From the NCBI GenBank assembly GCA_964035545.1, contig CAXIUT010000236.1, positions 1 through 64,000 of the forward strand: DNA of 64,000 bases. The letters run 5' to 3'. The translations under genes were made by a program, and so were the position numbers. The notes under the pieces were generated by a model. It did no database searches. It saw only the letters and a program-made list of their open reading frames with translations, and had not been told where the DNA came from. Source of the DNA: Bugula neritina. Taxonomy: Eukaryota > Animalia > Bryozoa. How positions within the stretch are numbered: the first letter of the stretch is position 1; the number at the start of each line of letters is the position of its first letter. Of this stretch, positions 1 through 18,000 are shown one piece after another.

Positions 1-3000
1 GATTATTAGAATATAAACTATATAATATAATAGAGAATATAAACTATATATAATAGAGAATATAAACTATACAATATAATAGAGAATATAAACTATACAA
101 TATAATAGAGAAGTATAAACTATATAATATAATAGAGAATATATACTATATAATATAATAGAGAATATAAACTATATAATATAATAGAGAATATAAACTA
201 TATAATATAATAGAGAGTATAAACTATATAAATATAATAGAGAGTATAAACTATATAATATAATAGAGAATATAAACTATATAATATAATAGAGAATATA
301 AACTATATAATATAATAGAGAATATATACTATACAATATAATAGAGAATATAAACTATATAATATAAATAGAGAATATAAACTATATAATATAATAGAGA
401 GTATAAACTATACAATATAATAGAGAAGTATATACTATATAATATAATAGAGAGTATAACTATATAATATAATAGAGAATATAAACTATATAATATAATA
501 GAGAATATAAACTATATAATATAATAGAGAATATATACTATATAATATAATAGAGATATAAACTATATAATATAATAGAGAATATATACTATATAATATA
601 ATAGAGAAGTATAAACTATATAATATAATAGAGAATATAAACTATATAATATAATAGAGAAGTATAAACTATATAATATAATAGAGAATATAAACTATAT
701 AATATAATAGAGAATATAAACTATATAATATAATAGAGAATATAAACTATATAATAGAATAGAGAATATATACTATACAATATAATAGAGAGTATATAAC
801 TATATAATATAATAGAGAATATAAACTATATAATATAATAGAGAATATAAACTATATAATATAATAGAGAATATATACTATATAATATAATAGAGAATAT
901 AAACTATATAATATAATAGAGAATATAACTATACAATATAATAGAGAATATAAACTATATAATATAATAGAGAATATATACTATAAAATATAATAGAGAA
1001 TATAAACTATATAATATAATAGAGAATATATACTATATAATATAATAGAGAGTATAAACTATATAATATAATAGAGAATATAAACTATATAATATATAGA
1101 GAAGTATAAACTATACAATATAAAGAGAATATATACTATATAATATAATAGAGATATAAACTATATAATATAATAGAGAAGTATAAACTATACAATATAA
1201 TAGAGAATATAATCTATATAATATAATAGAGAGTATATACTATATAATATAATAGAGAGTATAAACTATATAATATAATAGAGAATATAAACTATATAAT
1301 ATAATAGAGAATATAAACTATATAATATAATAGAGAATATAAACTATATAATATAATAGAGTATATAAACTATATAATATAATAGAGAATATAAACTATA
1401 TAATATAATAGAGAATATAAACTATATAATATAATAGAGAGTATATACTATACAATATAATAGAGAATATAAACTATATAATATAATAGAGAATATAAAC
1501 TATACAATATAATAGAGAATATAAACTATATAATATAATAGAGAATATAAACTATATAATATAATAGAGAATATATACTATATAATATAATAGAGAATAT
1601 AAACTATATAATATAATAGAGATATATACTATATAATATAAAGAGAATATAAACTATATAATATAATAGAGAATATAAACTATATAATATAATAGAGAAT
1701 ATAAACTATATAATATAATAGAGAATATATACTATACAATATAATAGAGAATATAAACTATATAATATAATAGAGAATATATACTATATAATATAATAGA
1801 GAATATAAACTATATAATATAAATAGAGAATATAAACTATATAATATAATAGAGAGTATAAACTATACAATATAATAGAGAATATATACTATATAATATA
1901 ATAGAGAGTATAAACTATATAATATAATAGAGAGTATAAACTATATAATATAATAGAGAATATAAACTATATAATATAATAGAGTATATACTATATAATA
2001 TAATAGAGAGTATAAACTATATAATATAATAGAGAATATAAACTATATAATATAATAGAGAATATATACTATATAATATAATAGAGAATATAAACTATAT
2101 AATATAATAGAGAATATAAACTATATAATATATAGAGAATATAAACTATATAATATAATAGAGAATATAAACTATATAATATAATAGAGAGTATAAACTA
2201 TATAATATAATAGAGAGTATAAACTATATAATATAATAGAGAATATAAACTATATAATATAATAGAGAATATAAACTATACAATATAATAGAGATTATAA
2301 ACTATATAATATAATAGAGAATATAAACTATACAATATAATAGAGAATATAAACTATATAATATAATAGAGAATATAATACTATATAATATAATAGAGAG
2401 TATAAACTATATAATATAATAGAGAATATAAACTATATAATATAATAGAGAATATAAACTATACAATATAATAGAGAATATAAACTATATAATATAATAG
2501 AGAATATAAACTATATAATTAAATAGAGATATAAACTATATAATATAATAGAGAATATAAACTATATAATATAATAGAGAGTATATACTATATAATATAA
2601 TAGAGAATATAAACTATATAATATAATAGAGAGTATAAACTATATAATATAATAGAGAATATAAACTATATATTATAATAGAGAATATAAACTATATAAT
2701 ATAATAGAGAATATAAACTATAATATTATAATAGAGAATATAAACTATATTATAATAGAGAATATAAACTATATAATATAATAGAGAATATACACTATAT
2801 AATATAATAGAGAGTATAAACTATATAATATAATAGAGAATATAAACTATATAATATAATAGAGAATATAAACTATATAATATAATAGAGAGTATAAACT
2901 ATATAATATATATAGAGAGTATAAACTATATAATATAATAGAGAGTATAAACTATATAATATAATAGAGAGTATAAACTATATAATATAATAGAGAATAT

Positions 3001-6000
3001 AAACTATACAATATAATAGAGAGTATATACTATATAATATAATAGAGAATATAAACTATATAATATAATAGAGAATATAAACTATAATATAATAGAGAAT
3101 ATAAACTATATAATATAATAGAGAGTATAAACTATATAATATAATAGAGAATATAAACTATATAATATAATAGAGAGTATATACTATATAATATAATAGA
3201 GAATATAAACTATATAATATAATAGAGAGTATAAACTATATAATATAATAGAGAATATAAACTATACAATATAATAGAGAATATAAACTATATAATATAA
3301 TAGAGTATATACTATATAATATAATAGAGAATATAAACTATATAGATATATATAGAGAGTATATACTATATAATATAATAGAGAATATAAACTATATGAT
3401 ATAATAGAGAGTATAAACTATATAATATAATAGAGAATATAAACTATATCAATATAATAGAGAATATAAACTATATAATATAATAGAGAATATAAACTAT
3501 ATAATATAATAGAGAATATAAACTATATAATATAATAGAGAGTATAAACTATATAATATAATAGAGAGTATAAACTATATAATATAATAGAGAATATATA
3601 ACTATATAATATAATAGAGAGTATATACTATATAATATAATAGAGAATATAAACTATATAATATAATAGAGAATATAAACTATATAATATAATAGAGAAT
3701 ATAAACTATATAATATAATAGAGAATATAAACTATATAATATAATAGAGAATATAAACTATATAATATAATAGAGAATATAACTATATAATATAATAGAG
3801 AATATAAACTATATAATATAATAGAGAATATAAACTATATAATATAATAGAGAATATAAACTATATAATATAATAGAGATATAAACTATATAATAATAGA
3901 GAAGTATAAACTATATAATATAATAGAGAATATAACTATATAATATAATAGAGAATATAAACTATATAATATAATAGAGAATATAAACTATATAGTATAA
4001 TAGAGAATATAAACTTATAATATAATAGAGAATATAAACTATATAATATAATAGAGAATATAACTATATAATATAATAGATAAGATATACTATATAATAT
4101 AATAGAGAAGTATAAACTATAATATAATAGAGAATATAAACTATATAATATAATAGAGAATATAAACTATATAATATAATAGAGAATATATACTATATAA
4201 TATAATAGAGAATATAAACTATATAATATAATAGAGAATATAAACTATATAATATAATAAGAATATAAACTATATAATATAATAGAGAATATAAACTATA
4301 TAGTATAATAGAGAGTATATACTATATAATATAATAGAGAATATAAACTATATAATTTAATAGAGAATATAAACTATATAATATAATAGAGAATATAAAC
4401 TATATAATATAATAGAGATATAAACAATATAATATAATAGAGAATATATACTATAATATAATAGAGAATATAAACTATATAATATAATAGAGAATATATA
4501 CTATATAATATAATAGAGGATATAAACTATATAATATAATAGAGTATATACTATATAATATAATAGAGAATATAAACTATATAATATAATAGAGAGTATA
4601 TACTATATAATATAATAGAGAATATAAACTATATAATTAATAGAGAGTATAAACTATATAATATAATTAGAGAGTATATACTATACAATATAATAGAGAA
4701 TATAAACTATATAATATAATAGAGAATATATACTATACAATATAATAGAGAATATAAACTATATAGTATAATAGAGAATATAAACTATATATATAATAGA
4801 GAATATATACTATATAATATAATGAGAATATAAACTATATAATATAATAGAGAATATAAACTATATAATATAATAGAGAGTAAACTATATAATATAATAG
4901 AGAATATAAACTATATATATAATAGAGAATATAAACTATATAATATAATAGAGAATATATACTATATAATATAATAGAGAATATAAACATATAATATATA
5001 GAGAATATAAACTATATAATATAATAGAGAGTAAACTATATAATATAATAGAGAATATAAACTAAATAATATAATAGAGAGTATAAACTATATAATATAA
5101 TAGAGAGTATATACTATATAATATAATAGAGAATATAAACTATATAATATAATAGAGAATATAAACTATATAATATAATAGAGAGTAAACTATATAATAT
5201 ATAGAGAATAGAAACTAAATAATATAATAGAGAATATAAACTATATAATATATAGAGAATATATACTATATAATATAATAGAGAATATAAACTATATAAT
5301 ATAATAGAATATATAAACTATAAATATAATAGAGAATATAAACTATATAATATAATAGAGAGTATAAACTATATAATATAATAGAGAGTATAAACTATAC
5401 AATATAATAGAGAATATATACTATATAATATAATAGAGAGTATATACTATATAATATAATAGAGAATATAAACTATATAATATAATAGAGAGTATAAACT
5501 ATAATATAATAGAGAATATATACTATATAATATAATAGAGATTATAAACTATATAATATAATAGAGAATATAAACTATATAATATAATAGAGAGTATAAA
5601 CTATAATATAATAGAGAATATATACTATACAATATAATAGAGAGTATACACTATATAATATAATAGAGAATATAAACTATATAATATAATAGAGTATATA
5701 CTATATAATATAATAGAATATAAACTATATAATATAATAGAGAGTATAAACTATATAATATAATAGAGAATATAAACTATATAATATATATAGAGAATAT
5801 ATACTATATAATATAATAGAGAATATAAACTATATAATATAATAGAGAATATAAACTATATAATATAATAGAGAATATAAACTATACAATATAATAGAGA
5901 GTATACTATATAATATATAGAGATATAAACTATATAATATAATAGAGAGTATATACTATATAATATAATAGAGAGTATATACTATATAATATAATAGAGA

Positions 6001-9000
6001 ATATAAACTATATAATATAATAAAGAATATAAACTATATAATATAATAGAGAGTATATACTATATATATAATAGAGAATATAAACTATATAATATAATAG
6101 AGAATATAAACTATATAATATAATAGAGAATATAAACTATATATATGAGAGTATATACTTATAATATAATAGAGAATATAAACTATATAATATAATAGAG
6201 AATATAAACTATATAATATAATAGAGATTATAAACTAAATAATATAATAGAGATTAAACTATATAATATAATAGAGAGTATATACTATATAATATAATAG
6301 AGATATATACTATATAATATAATAGAGAATATAAACTATATATATAATAGAGAGTATAAACTATATAATATAATAGAGAATATAAACTATATAATATAAT
6401 AGAGAATATAAACTATATAATATAATAGAGAATATAATACTATATAATATAATAGAGAATATAAACTATATAATATAATAGAGAATATAAACTATATAAT
6501 ATAATAGAGAATATAAACTATATAATATAATAGAGAGTATAAACTATATAATATAATAGAGAGTATAAACTATATAATATAATAGAGAATATATACTATA
6601 TAATATAATAGAGAGTATATACTATATAATATAATAGAGAGTATAAACTATATAATATAATAGAGAGTATAAACTATAATATAATAGAGAATATATACTA
6701 TATAATATAATAGAGAATATAAACTATATAATATAATAGAGAATATATACTATATAATATAATAGAGAAGTATAAACTTATATATTATTAGAATATATAC
6801 TATATATAATAGAGATTATAAACTATATAATATAATAGAGAGTATAAACTATATAATATAATAGAGATATAAACTATATAATATAATAGAGAATATAAAC
6901 TATATAATATAATAGAGAATATAAACTATATAATATAATAGAGATATAAACTATATAATTAATAGAGAGTATATAAACTATATAATATAATAGAGAATAT
7001 ATACTATATAATATAATAGAGAAGTATAAACTATATAATATAATAGAGAATATTAAACTATATAATATAATAGAGAATATAAACTATATAATATAATAGA
7101 GAATATAAACTATAATAATATAATAGAGAATATATACTATATAATATAATAGAGAATATAAACTATATAATATAATAGAGAATATATACTATATAATATA
7201 ATAGAGAATATAAACTATATAATATAATAGAGAATATAAACTATATAATATAATAGAGAATATAAACTATATAATATAATAGAGAATATATACTATATAA
7301 TATAATAGAGAATATATACTATATAATATAATAGAGAATATAAACTATATAGATATAATAGAGAGTATAAACTATATAATATAATAGAGAATATAAACTA
7401 TATAATATAATAGAGAGATATATACTATATATATATTAGAGAGTATAAACTATATATATAATAGAGAGTATAAACTATATAATATAATAGAGAATATAAA
7501 CTATATAATATAATAGAGAATATAAACTATATAATATAATAGAGAGTATAAACTATATAATATAATAGAGTATAAACTATATAATATAATAGAGAGTATA
7601 AACTATATAATATAATAGAGAGTATAAACTATATATATAATAGAGAGTATAAACTATATAATATAAATAGAGAATATAAACTATATAATATAATAGAGAA
7701 TATATACTATATAATATAATAGAGAGTATAAACTATATAATATAATAGAGAGTATAAACTATATAATATAATAGAGAATATAAACTATATAATATAATAG
7801 AGAATATAAACTATATAATATAATAGAGAATATAAACTATATAATATAATAGAGAATATAAACTATATAATATAATAGAGAATATAAACTATATAATATA
7901 ATAGAGAATATAAACTATATAATATAATAGAGAATATAAACTATATAATATAATAGAGAATATAAACTATATAATATAATAGAGATTATAAACTATATAA
8001 TATAATAGAGAATATAAACTATATAATATAATAGAGAGTATAAACTATATAATATAATAGAGAATATAAACTATATAATATAATAGAGAATATAAACTAT
8101 ATAATATAATAGAGAGTATAAACTATATAATATAATAGAGAGTATAAACTATATAGTATAATAGAGAATATAAACTATATAGTATAATAGAGAATATAAA
8201 CTATATAATATAATAGAGAATATAAACTATATAATATAATAGAGAATATAAACTATATAGTATAATAGAGAATATAAACTATACAATATAATAGAGAGTA
8301 TAAACTATATAGTATAATAGAGAGTATATACTATATAATATAATAGAGAATATAAACTATATAATATAATAGAGAATATAAACTATATAATATAATAGAG
8401 AGTTATACTATATAATATAATAGAGAATATAAACTATATAGTATAATAGAGTATAAACTATATAATATAATAGAGAATATAAACTATATAATATAATAGA
8501 GAATATAAACTATAATATAATAGAGAGTATAAACTATATATATAATAGAGAGTATAAACTATATAATATAATAGAGAGTATAAACTATATAATATAATAG
8601 AGAGTATAAACTATATAATATAATAGAGAGTATAAACTATATAGTATAATAGAGAGTATAAACTATATAGTATAATAGAGAATATATACTATATAATATA
8701 ATAGAGAATATAACTATATAATATAATAGAGAATATAAACTATATAATATAATAGAGAATATATACTATACAATATAATAGAGAATATAAACTATATAGT
8801 ATAATAGAGAATATAAACTATATAATATAATAGAGAGTATAAACTATATAATATAATAGAGAATATAAACTATATAATATAATAGAGAGTATAAACTATA
8901 TAATATAATAGAGAATATATACTATATAATATAATAGAGAATATAAACTATATAATATAATAGAGAATATAAACTATACAATATAATAGAGAATAATAAA

Positions 9001-12000
9001 CTATATAGTATAATAGAGAGTATATACTATATAATATAATAGAGAATATAAACTATATGAATATAATAGAGAATATAAACTATTATAATATATAATAGAG
9101 AATATAAACTATATAATATAATAGAGAATATAAACTATATAATATGATAGAGTATATACTATATAAGTATAATAGAGTATATACTATATAATATAATAGA
9201 GAAGTATAAACTATATAATATAATAGAGAATATATACTATACTAATATAATAGAGAATATAAACTATATAATATAATAGAGAATATATACTATATAATAT
9301 AATAGAGAGTATAAACTATATAATATAATAGAGAATATAAACTATATAATATAATAGAGAGTATAAACTATATAGTATAATAGAGAATATAAACTATATA
9401 ATATATTAGAGAGTATAAACTATATAATATAATAGAGAATATAAACTATATAATATAATAGAGAATATAAACTATATAATATAATAGAGAAGTATATATA
9501 CTATATAATATAATAGAGAATATAAACTATATAATATAATAGAGAATATAAACTATATAATATAATAGAGAGTATAAACTATATAATATAATAGAGAATA
9601 TAAACTATATAATATAATAGAGAGTATAAACTATATAATATAATAGAGATATATACTATATAATATAATAGAGAATATAAACTATATAATAAATAGAGAA
9701 TATATACTATACAATATAATAGAGAATATAAACTATATAGATAATAGAGAGTATATACTATATAATATAATAGAGAGTATAAACTATATAATATAATAGA
9801 GAATATAAACTATATAATATAATAGAGAATATAAACTATATAATATAATAGAGAATATAAACTATATAAGTATAATAGAGAAGTATATACTATATAATAT
9901 AATAGAGAATATAAACTATATAATATAATAGAGAATATAAACTATATAATATAATAGAGAATATATACTATACAATATAATAGAGAATATAAACTATATA
10001 ATATAATAGAGAGTATAAACTATATAATATAATAGAGAGTATAAACTATATAATATAATAGAGAATATAAACTATATAATATAATAGAGAATATAAACTA
10101 TATAATATAATAGAGAATATAAACTATATAGTATAATAGAGAATATATACTATATAATATAATAGAGAATATAAACTATATAATATAATTGAGAATATAA
10201 ACTATATAATATAATAGAGAGTATAAACTATATAATATAATAGAGAATATAAACTATATAATATAATAGAGAGTATAAACTATATATTATAATAGAGATT
10301 ATAAACTATATAATATAATAGAGAATATAAACTATATATATAATAGAGAATATAAACTATATAATATAATAGGAGAATATAAACTATATAATATAATAGA
10401 GAATATAAACTATATAATATAATAGAGAATATAAACTATATAATATAATAGAGAGTATAAACTATATAATATAATAGAGAGTATAAACTATATAATATAA
10501 TAGAGAGTATAAACTATATAATATAATAGAGAGTATAAACTATATAAGTATAATAGAGAATATAAACTATATAGTATAATAGTAGAATATAAACTATATA
10601 ATATAATAGAGAATATAAACTATATAATATAATAGAGAATATAAACTATATAATATAATAGAGAGTATAAACTATATAATATAATAGAGAGTATAAACTA
10701 TATAATATAATAGAGAGTACATACTATATAATATAATAGAGAGTATAAACTATATAATATAATAGAGAATATATACTATATTGATATAATAGAGAATATA
10801 TACTATATAATATAATAGAGAATATATACTATATAATATAATAGAGAATATAAACTATACAGTATAATAGAGAATATAAACTATATAATATAATAGAGAG
10901 TATAAACTATATAATATAATAGAGAGTATAAACTATATAATATAATAGAGAGTATAAACTATATAATATAATAGAGAGTATAAACTATATAATATAATAG
11001 AGAATATAAACTATATAGTATAATAGAGAATATAAACTATATAATATAATAGAGAATATAAACTATATAATATAATAGAGAGTATAAACTATATAGTATA
11101 ATAGAGAATATATACTATATATATAATAGAGAATATAAACTATATAATATAATAGAGAGTATAAACTATATAATATAATAGAGAGTATAAACTATATAAT
11201 ATATAAGAGAGTATATACTATATAATATAATAGAGAATATAAACTATATAGTATAATAGAGAATATAAACTATATAATATAATAGAGAATATAAACTATA
11301 CAATATAATAGAGAATATAAACTATATAATATAATAGAGAATATAAACTATATAATATAATAGAGAATATAAACTATACAATATAATAGAGAATATAAAC
11401 TATATAATATAATAGAGAATATACTATATAATATAATAGAGAGTATAAACTATATAATATAATAGAGAGTATAAACTATATAATATAATAGAGAGTATAA
11501 ACTATATAATATAATAGAGAATATAAACTATATAATATAATAGAGAATATAAACTGTATAATATAATAGAGAATATAAACTATACAATATAATAGAGAAT
11601 ATATACTATATAATATAATAGAGAGTATAACTATATAATATAATAGAGTATATAACTATATAATATATAGAGAATTATAAAGCTATACAATATAATAGAG
11701 AATATACTATACATTTAAATTACATATATATATAGATAAACTATATAATATAATAAGAGATATAACTACTATATAATATAATAGAGAATATATACTATAC
11801 AATATAATAGAGAATATAAACTATATAATATGAGATAGAGAGTATAAACTATATAATATAGATAGAGAATATAAACTATAATATATAGATATGAACTATA
11901 TAATAATATGCATATATAATATACTATATAATAGAGAATATAAACTATATAATATAATAGAGAATATATACTAGATAATATAATAGAGGATATACTATAT

Positions 12001-15000
12001 AATATAATAGATATATACTATAATATATAAATATATATATTATTTATTAGAGATTATAAACTATATAATATTAATGTAGAGAGTATAAACTATATAATAT
12101 AATAGAGAATATAAACTATACAATATAATAGAGAATATAAACTATATAATATAATAGAGAATATAAACTATATAATATAATAGAGAATATAAACTATATA
12201 ATATAATAGAGAATATATTACTATATAATGATATTATAGAGAATATAACTATACATATAATAGAGAATATATACTATAATTTAATAGAGAATATAAACTA
12301 TATAATATAATAGAGAGTATAAACTATATAATATAATAGAGAATATAAACTATATAATATAATAGAGAGTATAAACTATATAATATAATAGAGAATATAA
12401 ACTATATAATATAATAGAGAATATAAACTAAATAATATAATAGAGAGTATAAACTATATAATATAATAGAGAATATAAACTATATAATATAATAGAGAAT
12501 ATATACTACATAATATAATAGAGAGTATAAACTATATAATATAATAGAGAATATAAACTATATAATATAATAGAGAATATAAACTATACAATATAATAGA
12601 GAATATAAACTATATAGTATAATAGAGAATATAAACTATATAATATAATAGAGAGTATAAACTATATAATATAATAGAGAATATAAACTATACAATATAA
12701 TAGAGAATATAAACTATATAATATAATAGAGAATATAAACTATATAATATAATAGAGAATATATACTATATAATATAATAGAGAATATAAACTATATAAT
12801 ATAATAGAGATATATACTATATATATATAATAGAGAATATAAACTATATATTATAATAGAGAATATAAACTATATAATATAATAGAGAGTATAAACTATA
12901 TAATATAATAGAGAATATATACTATATAATATAATAGAGAGTATATACTATACAATATAATAGAGAATATAAACTATATAATATAATAGAGAATATAAAC
13001 TATATAATATAATAGAGAATATAAACTATATAATATAATAGAGAGTATAAACTATATAATATAATAGAGAATATAAACTATATAATATAATAGAGAGTAT
13101 AAACTATATAATATAATAAGAGAATATAACTATATAATATAATAGAGAGTATATACTATATAATATAATAGAGAATATAAACTATATAATATAATAGAGA
13201 ATATAAACTATATAATATAATAGAGAATATATACTATATAATATATAGAGAATATAAACTATATAATATAATAGAGAGTATATACTATATAGTATATTAG
13301 AGAATATAAACTATATAATATAATAGAGAATATAAACTATATAATATAATAGAGAATATATACTATATAATATAATAGAGAATATAAACTATATAATATA
13401 ATAGAGAATATAAACTATAATATAATAGAGAATATAAACTATATAATATAATAGATAATATATACTATATAATATAATAGAGAATATAAACTATATAATA
13501 TAATAGAGAATATAAACTATATAATATAATAGAGAATATAAACTATATAATATAATAGAGAGTATATACTATATAATATAATAGAGAATATAAACTATAT
13601 AATATAATAGAGAATATTACTATATAATATAATAGAGAATATAAACTATATAGTATAATAGAGAATATAAACTATATAATATAATAGAGAATATAAACTA
13701 TATAATATAATAGAGAATATATACTATATAATATAATAGAGAATATAAACTATATAATATAATAGAGAATATAAACTATAATATAATAGAGAATATAAAC
13801 TATATAATATAATAGATAATATAAACTATATAATATAATAGAGAATATAAACTATATAATATAATAGAGAATATACTATATAATATATAGAATATACTAT
13901 AGTATAGAGAATATAAACTATATATATAGATAATATAAACTATATAATATAATAGAGAATATAAACTATATAATATAATAGATAATATAAACTATATAAT
14001 ATAATAGAGAATATAAACTATATAATATAATAGAGAGTATATACTATATAATATAATAGAGAATATAAACTATATAATATAATAGAGAATATAAACTATA
14101 TAGTATAATAGAGAATATAAACTATATAATATAATAGAGAGTATAAACTATATAATATAATAGAGAATAAAACTATTAATATAATAGAGAATATAAACTA
14201 TATAATATAATAGAGAATATAAACTATATAATATAATAGAGAGTATAAACTATATAATATAATAGAGATTATAAAACTATATAATATAGTAGAGAGTATA
14301 TACTATATAATATAATAGAATATAAACTATATAATATAATAGAGAATATAAACTATATAATATAATAGAGAGTATAAACTATATAATATAATAGAGAATA
14401 TAAACTATATAATATAATAGAGAATATAAACTATATAATATAATTAGAGAATATAAACTATATAATATAATAGAGAATATAAACTATATAATATAATAGA
14501 GGAGTATAAACTATATAATATAATAGAGAATATAAACTATACAATATAATAGAGAGTATATACTATATAATATAATAGAGAATATAAACTATATAATATA
14601 ATAGAGAGTATAAACTATATAATATAATAGAGAATATAAACTATATAATATAATAGAGAATATAAACTATATAATATAATAGAGAATATAAACTATATAA
14701 TATAATAGAGAATATAAACTATATAATATAATAGAGAGTATAAACTATATAATATAATAGAGAATATAAACTATACAATATAATAGAGAGTATATACTAT
14801 ATAATTATAATAGAGAATATAAACTATATAATATAATAGAGAATATAAACTATATAATATAATAGAGAATATAAACTATATAATATAATAGAGAATATAA
14901 ACTATATAATATAATAGAGAGTATAAACTATATAATATAATAGAGAATATAAACTATATAATATAATAGAGAGTATATACTATATAATATAATAGAGAAT

Positions 15001-15030
15001 ATAAACTATATAATATAATAGATAATATAT
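1..15030 (+). repeat. 26-bp satellite array, left arm (consensus AGAGAATATAAACTATATAATATAAT), roughly 580 monomers, indel-rich
   Basis: Period 26 read directly (GAGAAT at 1281 and 1307). Recurrent variants GAGAG, TATATAC, TATACAA, ATAGTAT; many 1-2 nt indels; badly degraded patch ~11640-12080. Confidence 0.98.
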
Positions 15031-18000
15031 TCTCTATTATATTATATATGTTTTATATTCTCTATTATATTATATAGTATATATTATCTATTATATTATA
15101 TAGTTTATATTCTCTATTATATTATATAGTATATACTCTCTATTATATTATATAGTTTATATTCTCTATTATATTATATAGTTTATACTCTCTATTATAT
15201 TATATAGTTTATATTCTCTATTATATTATATAGTTTATATTCTCTATTATATTATATAGTTTATATTCTCTATTATATTATATAGTTTATATTCTCTATT
15301 ATATTATATAGTATATACTCTCTATTATATTGTATAGTTTATATTCTCTATTATATTATATAGTTTATACTCTCTATTATATTATATAGTTTATATTCTC
15401 TATTATATTATATAGTTTATATTCTCTATTATATTATATAGTTTATATTCTCTATTATATTATATAGTTTATATTCTCTATTATATTATATAGTTTATAC
15501 TCTCTATTATATTATATAGTTTATATTCTCTATTATATTATATAGTATATACTCTCTATTATATTGTATAGTTTATATTCTCTATTATATTATATAGTTT
15601 ATACTCTCTATTATATTATATAGTTTATATTCTCTATTATATTATATAGTTTATATTCTCTATTATATTATATAGTTTATATTCTCTATTATATTATATA
15701 GTTTATATTCTCTATTATATTATATAGTTTATACTCTCTATTATATTATATAGTTTATATTCTCTATTATATTATATAGTTTATATTCTATTATATTATA
15801 TAGTATATACTCTCTACTATATTATATAGTTTATATTCTCTATTATATTATATAGTTTATACTCTCTATTATATTATATAGTTTATATTCTCTATTATAT
15901 TATATAGTTTATATTCTCTATTATATTATATAGTTTATATTCTCTATTATATTATATAGTTTATACTCTCTATTATATTATATAGTTTATATTCTCTATT
16001 ATACTATATAGTTTATATTCTCTATTATATTATATAGTTTATATTCTCTATTATATTATATAGTATATACTCTCTATTATATTATATAGTTTATATTCTC
16101 TATTATATTATATAGTTTATATTATCTATTATATTATATAGTTTATATTCTCTATTATATTATATAGTTTATATTATCTATTATATTATATAGTTTATAT
16201 TCTCTATTATACTATATAGTTTATATTCTCTATTATATTATATAGTTTATATTCTCTATTATATTATATAGTTTATATTCTCTATTATATTATATAGTTT
16301 ATATTATCTATTATATTATATAGTTTATATTCTCTATTATATTATAGTTTATATTCTCTATTATATTATATAGTTTATATTCTCTATTATATTATATAGT
16401 ATATATTCTCTATTATATTATATAGTTTATATTCTCTATTATATTATATAGTTTATATTCTCTATTATACTATATAGTTTATATTCTCTATTATATTATA
16501 TAGTATATATTCTCTATTATATTATATAGTTTATATTCTCTATTATATTATATAGTATATACTCTCTATTATATTATATAGTTTATATTCTCTATTATAT
16601 TATATAGTTTATATTCTCTATTATATTATATAGTTTATATTCTCTATTATATTATATAGTATATATTATCTATTATATTATATAGTTTATATTCTCTATT
16701 ATATTATAGTTTATATTCTCTATTATATTATATAGTTTATATTCTCTATTATATTATATAGTATATATTCTCTATTATATTATATAGTTTATATTCTCTA
16801 TTATATTATATAGTTTATATTCTCTATTATACTATATAGTATATACTCTCTATTATATTATATAGTTTATATTCTCTATTATATTATATAGTATATATTC
16901 TCTATTATATTATATAGTTTATATTCTCTATTATATTATATAGTTTATATTCTCTATTATATTATATAGTTTATACTCTCTATTATATTATATAGTTTAT
17001 ATTCTCTATTATATTATATAGTTTATACTCTCTATTATATTATATAGTTTATATTCTCTATTATATTATATAGTTTATACTCTCTATTATATTATATAGT
17101 TTATATTCTCTATTATATTATATAGTTTATATTCTCTATTATATTATATAGTTTATATTCTCTATTATATTGTATAGTATATACTCTCTATTATATTATA
17201 TAGTATATATTCTCTATTATATTATATAGTTTATACTCTCTATTATATTATATAGTTTATATTCTCTATTATATTATATAGTTTATATTCTCTATTATAT
17301 TATATAGTATATATTCTCTATTATATTATATAGTTTATATTCTCTATTATATTATATAGTATATATTCTCTATTATATTATATAGTTTATATTCTCTATT
17401 ATATTATATAGTTTATATTCTCTATTATATTGTATAGTTTATATTCTCTATTATATTATATAGTTTATACTCTCTATTATATTATATAGTTTATATTCTC
17501 TATTATACTATATAGTTTATATTCTCTATTATATTGTATAGTTTATATTCTCTATTATATTATATAGTTTATATTCTCTATTATATTATATAGTTTATAC
17601 TCTCTATTATATTATGTAGTATATATTCTCTATTATATTATATAGTTTATATTCTCTATTATATTATATAGTTTATACTCTCTATTATATTATTTAGTTT
17701 ATATTCTCTATTATATTATATAGTTTATATTCTCTATTATATTATATAGTTTATACTCTCTATTATATTATATAGTTTATATTCTCTATTATATTATATA
17801 GTTTATACTCTCTATTATATTATATAGTTTATATTCTCTATTATATTATAGTATATATTCTCTATTATATTGTATAGTTTATATTCTCTATTATATTATA
17901 TAGTATATATTCTCTATTATATTATATAGTTTATATTCTCTATTATATTATATAGTTTATATTCTCTATTATATTATATAGTTTATATTCTCTATTATAT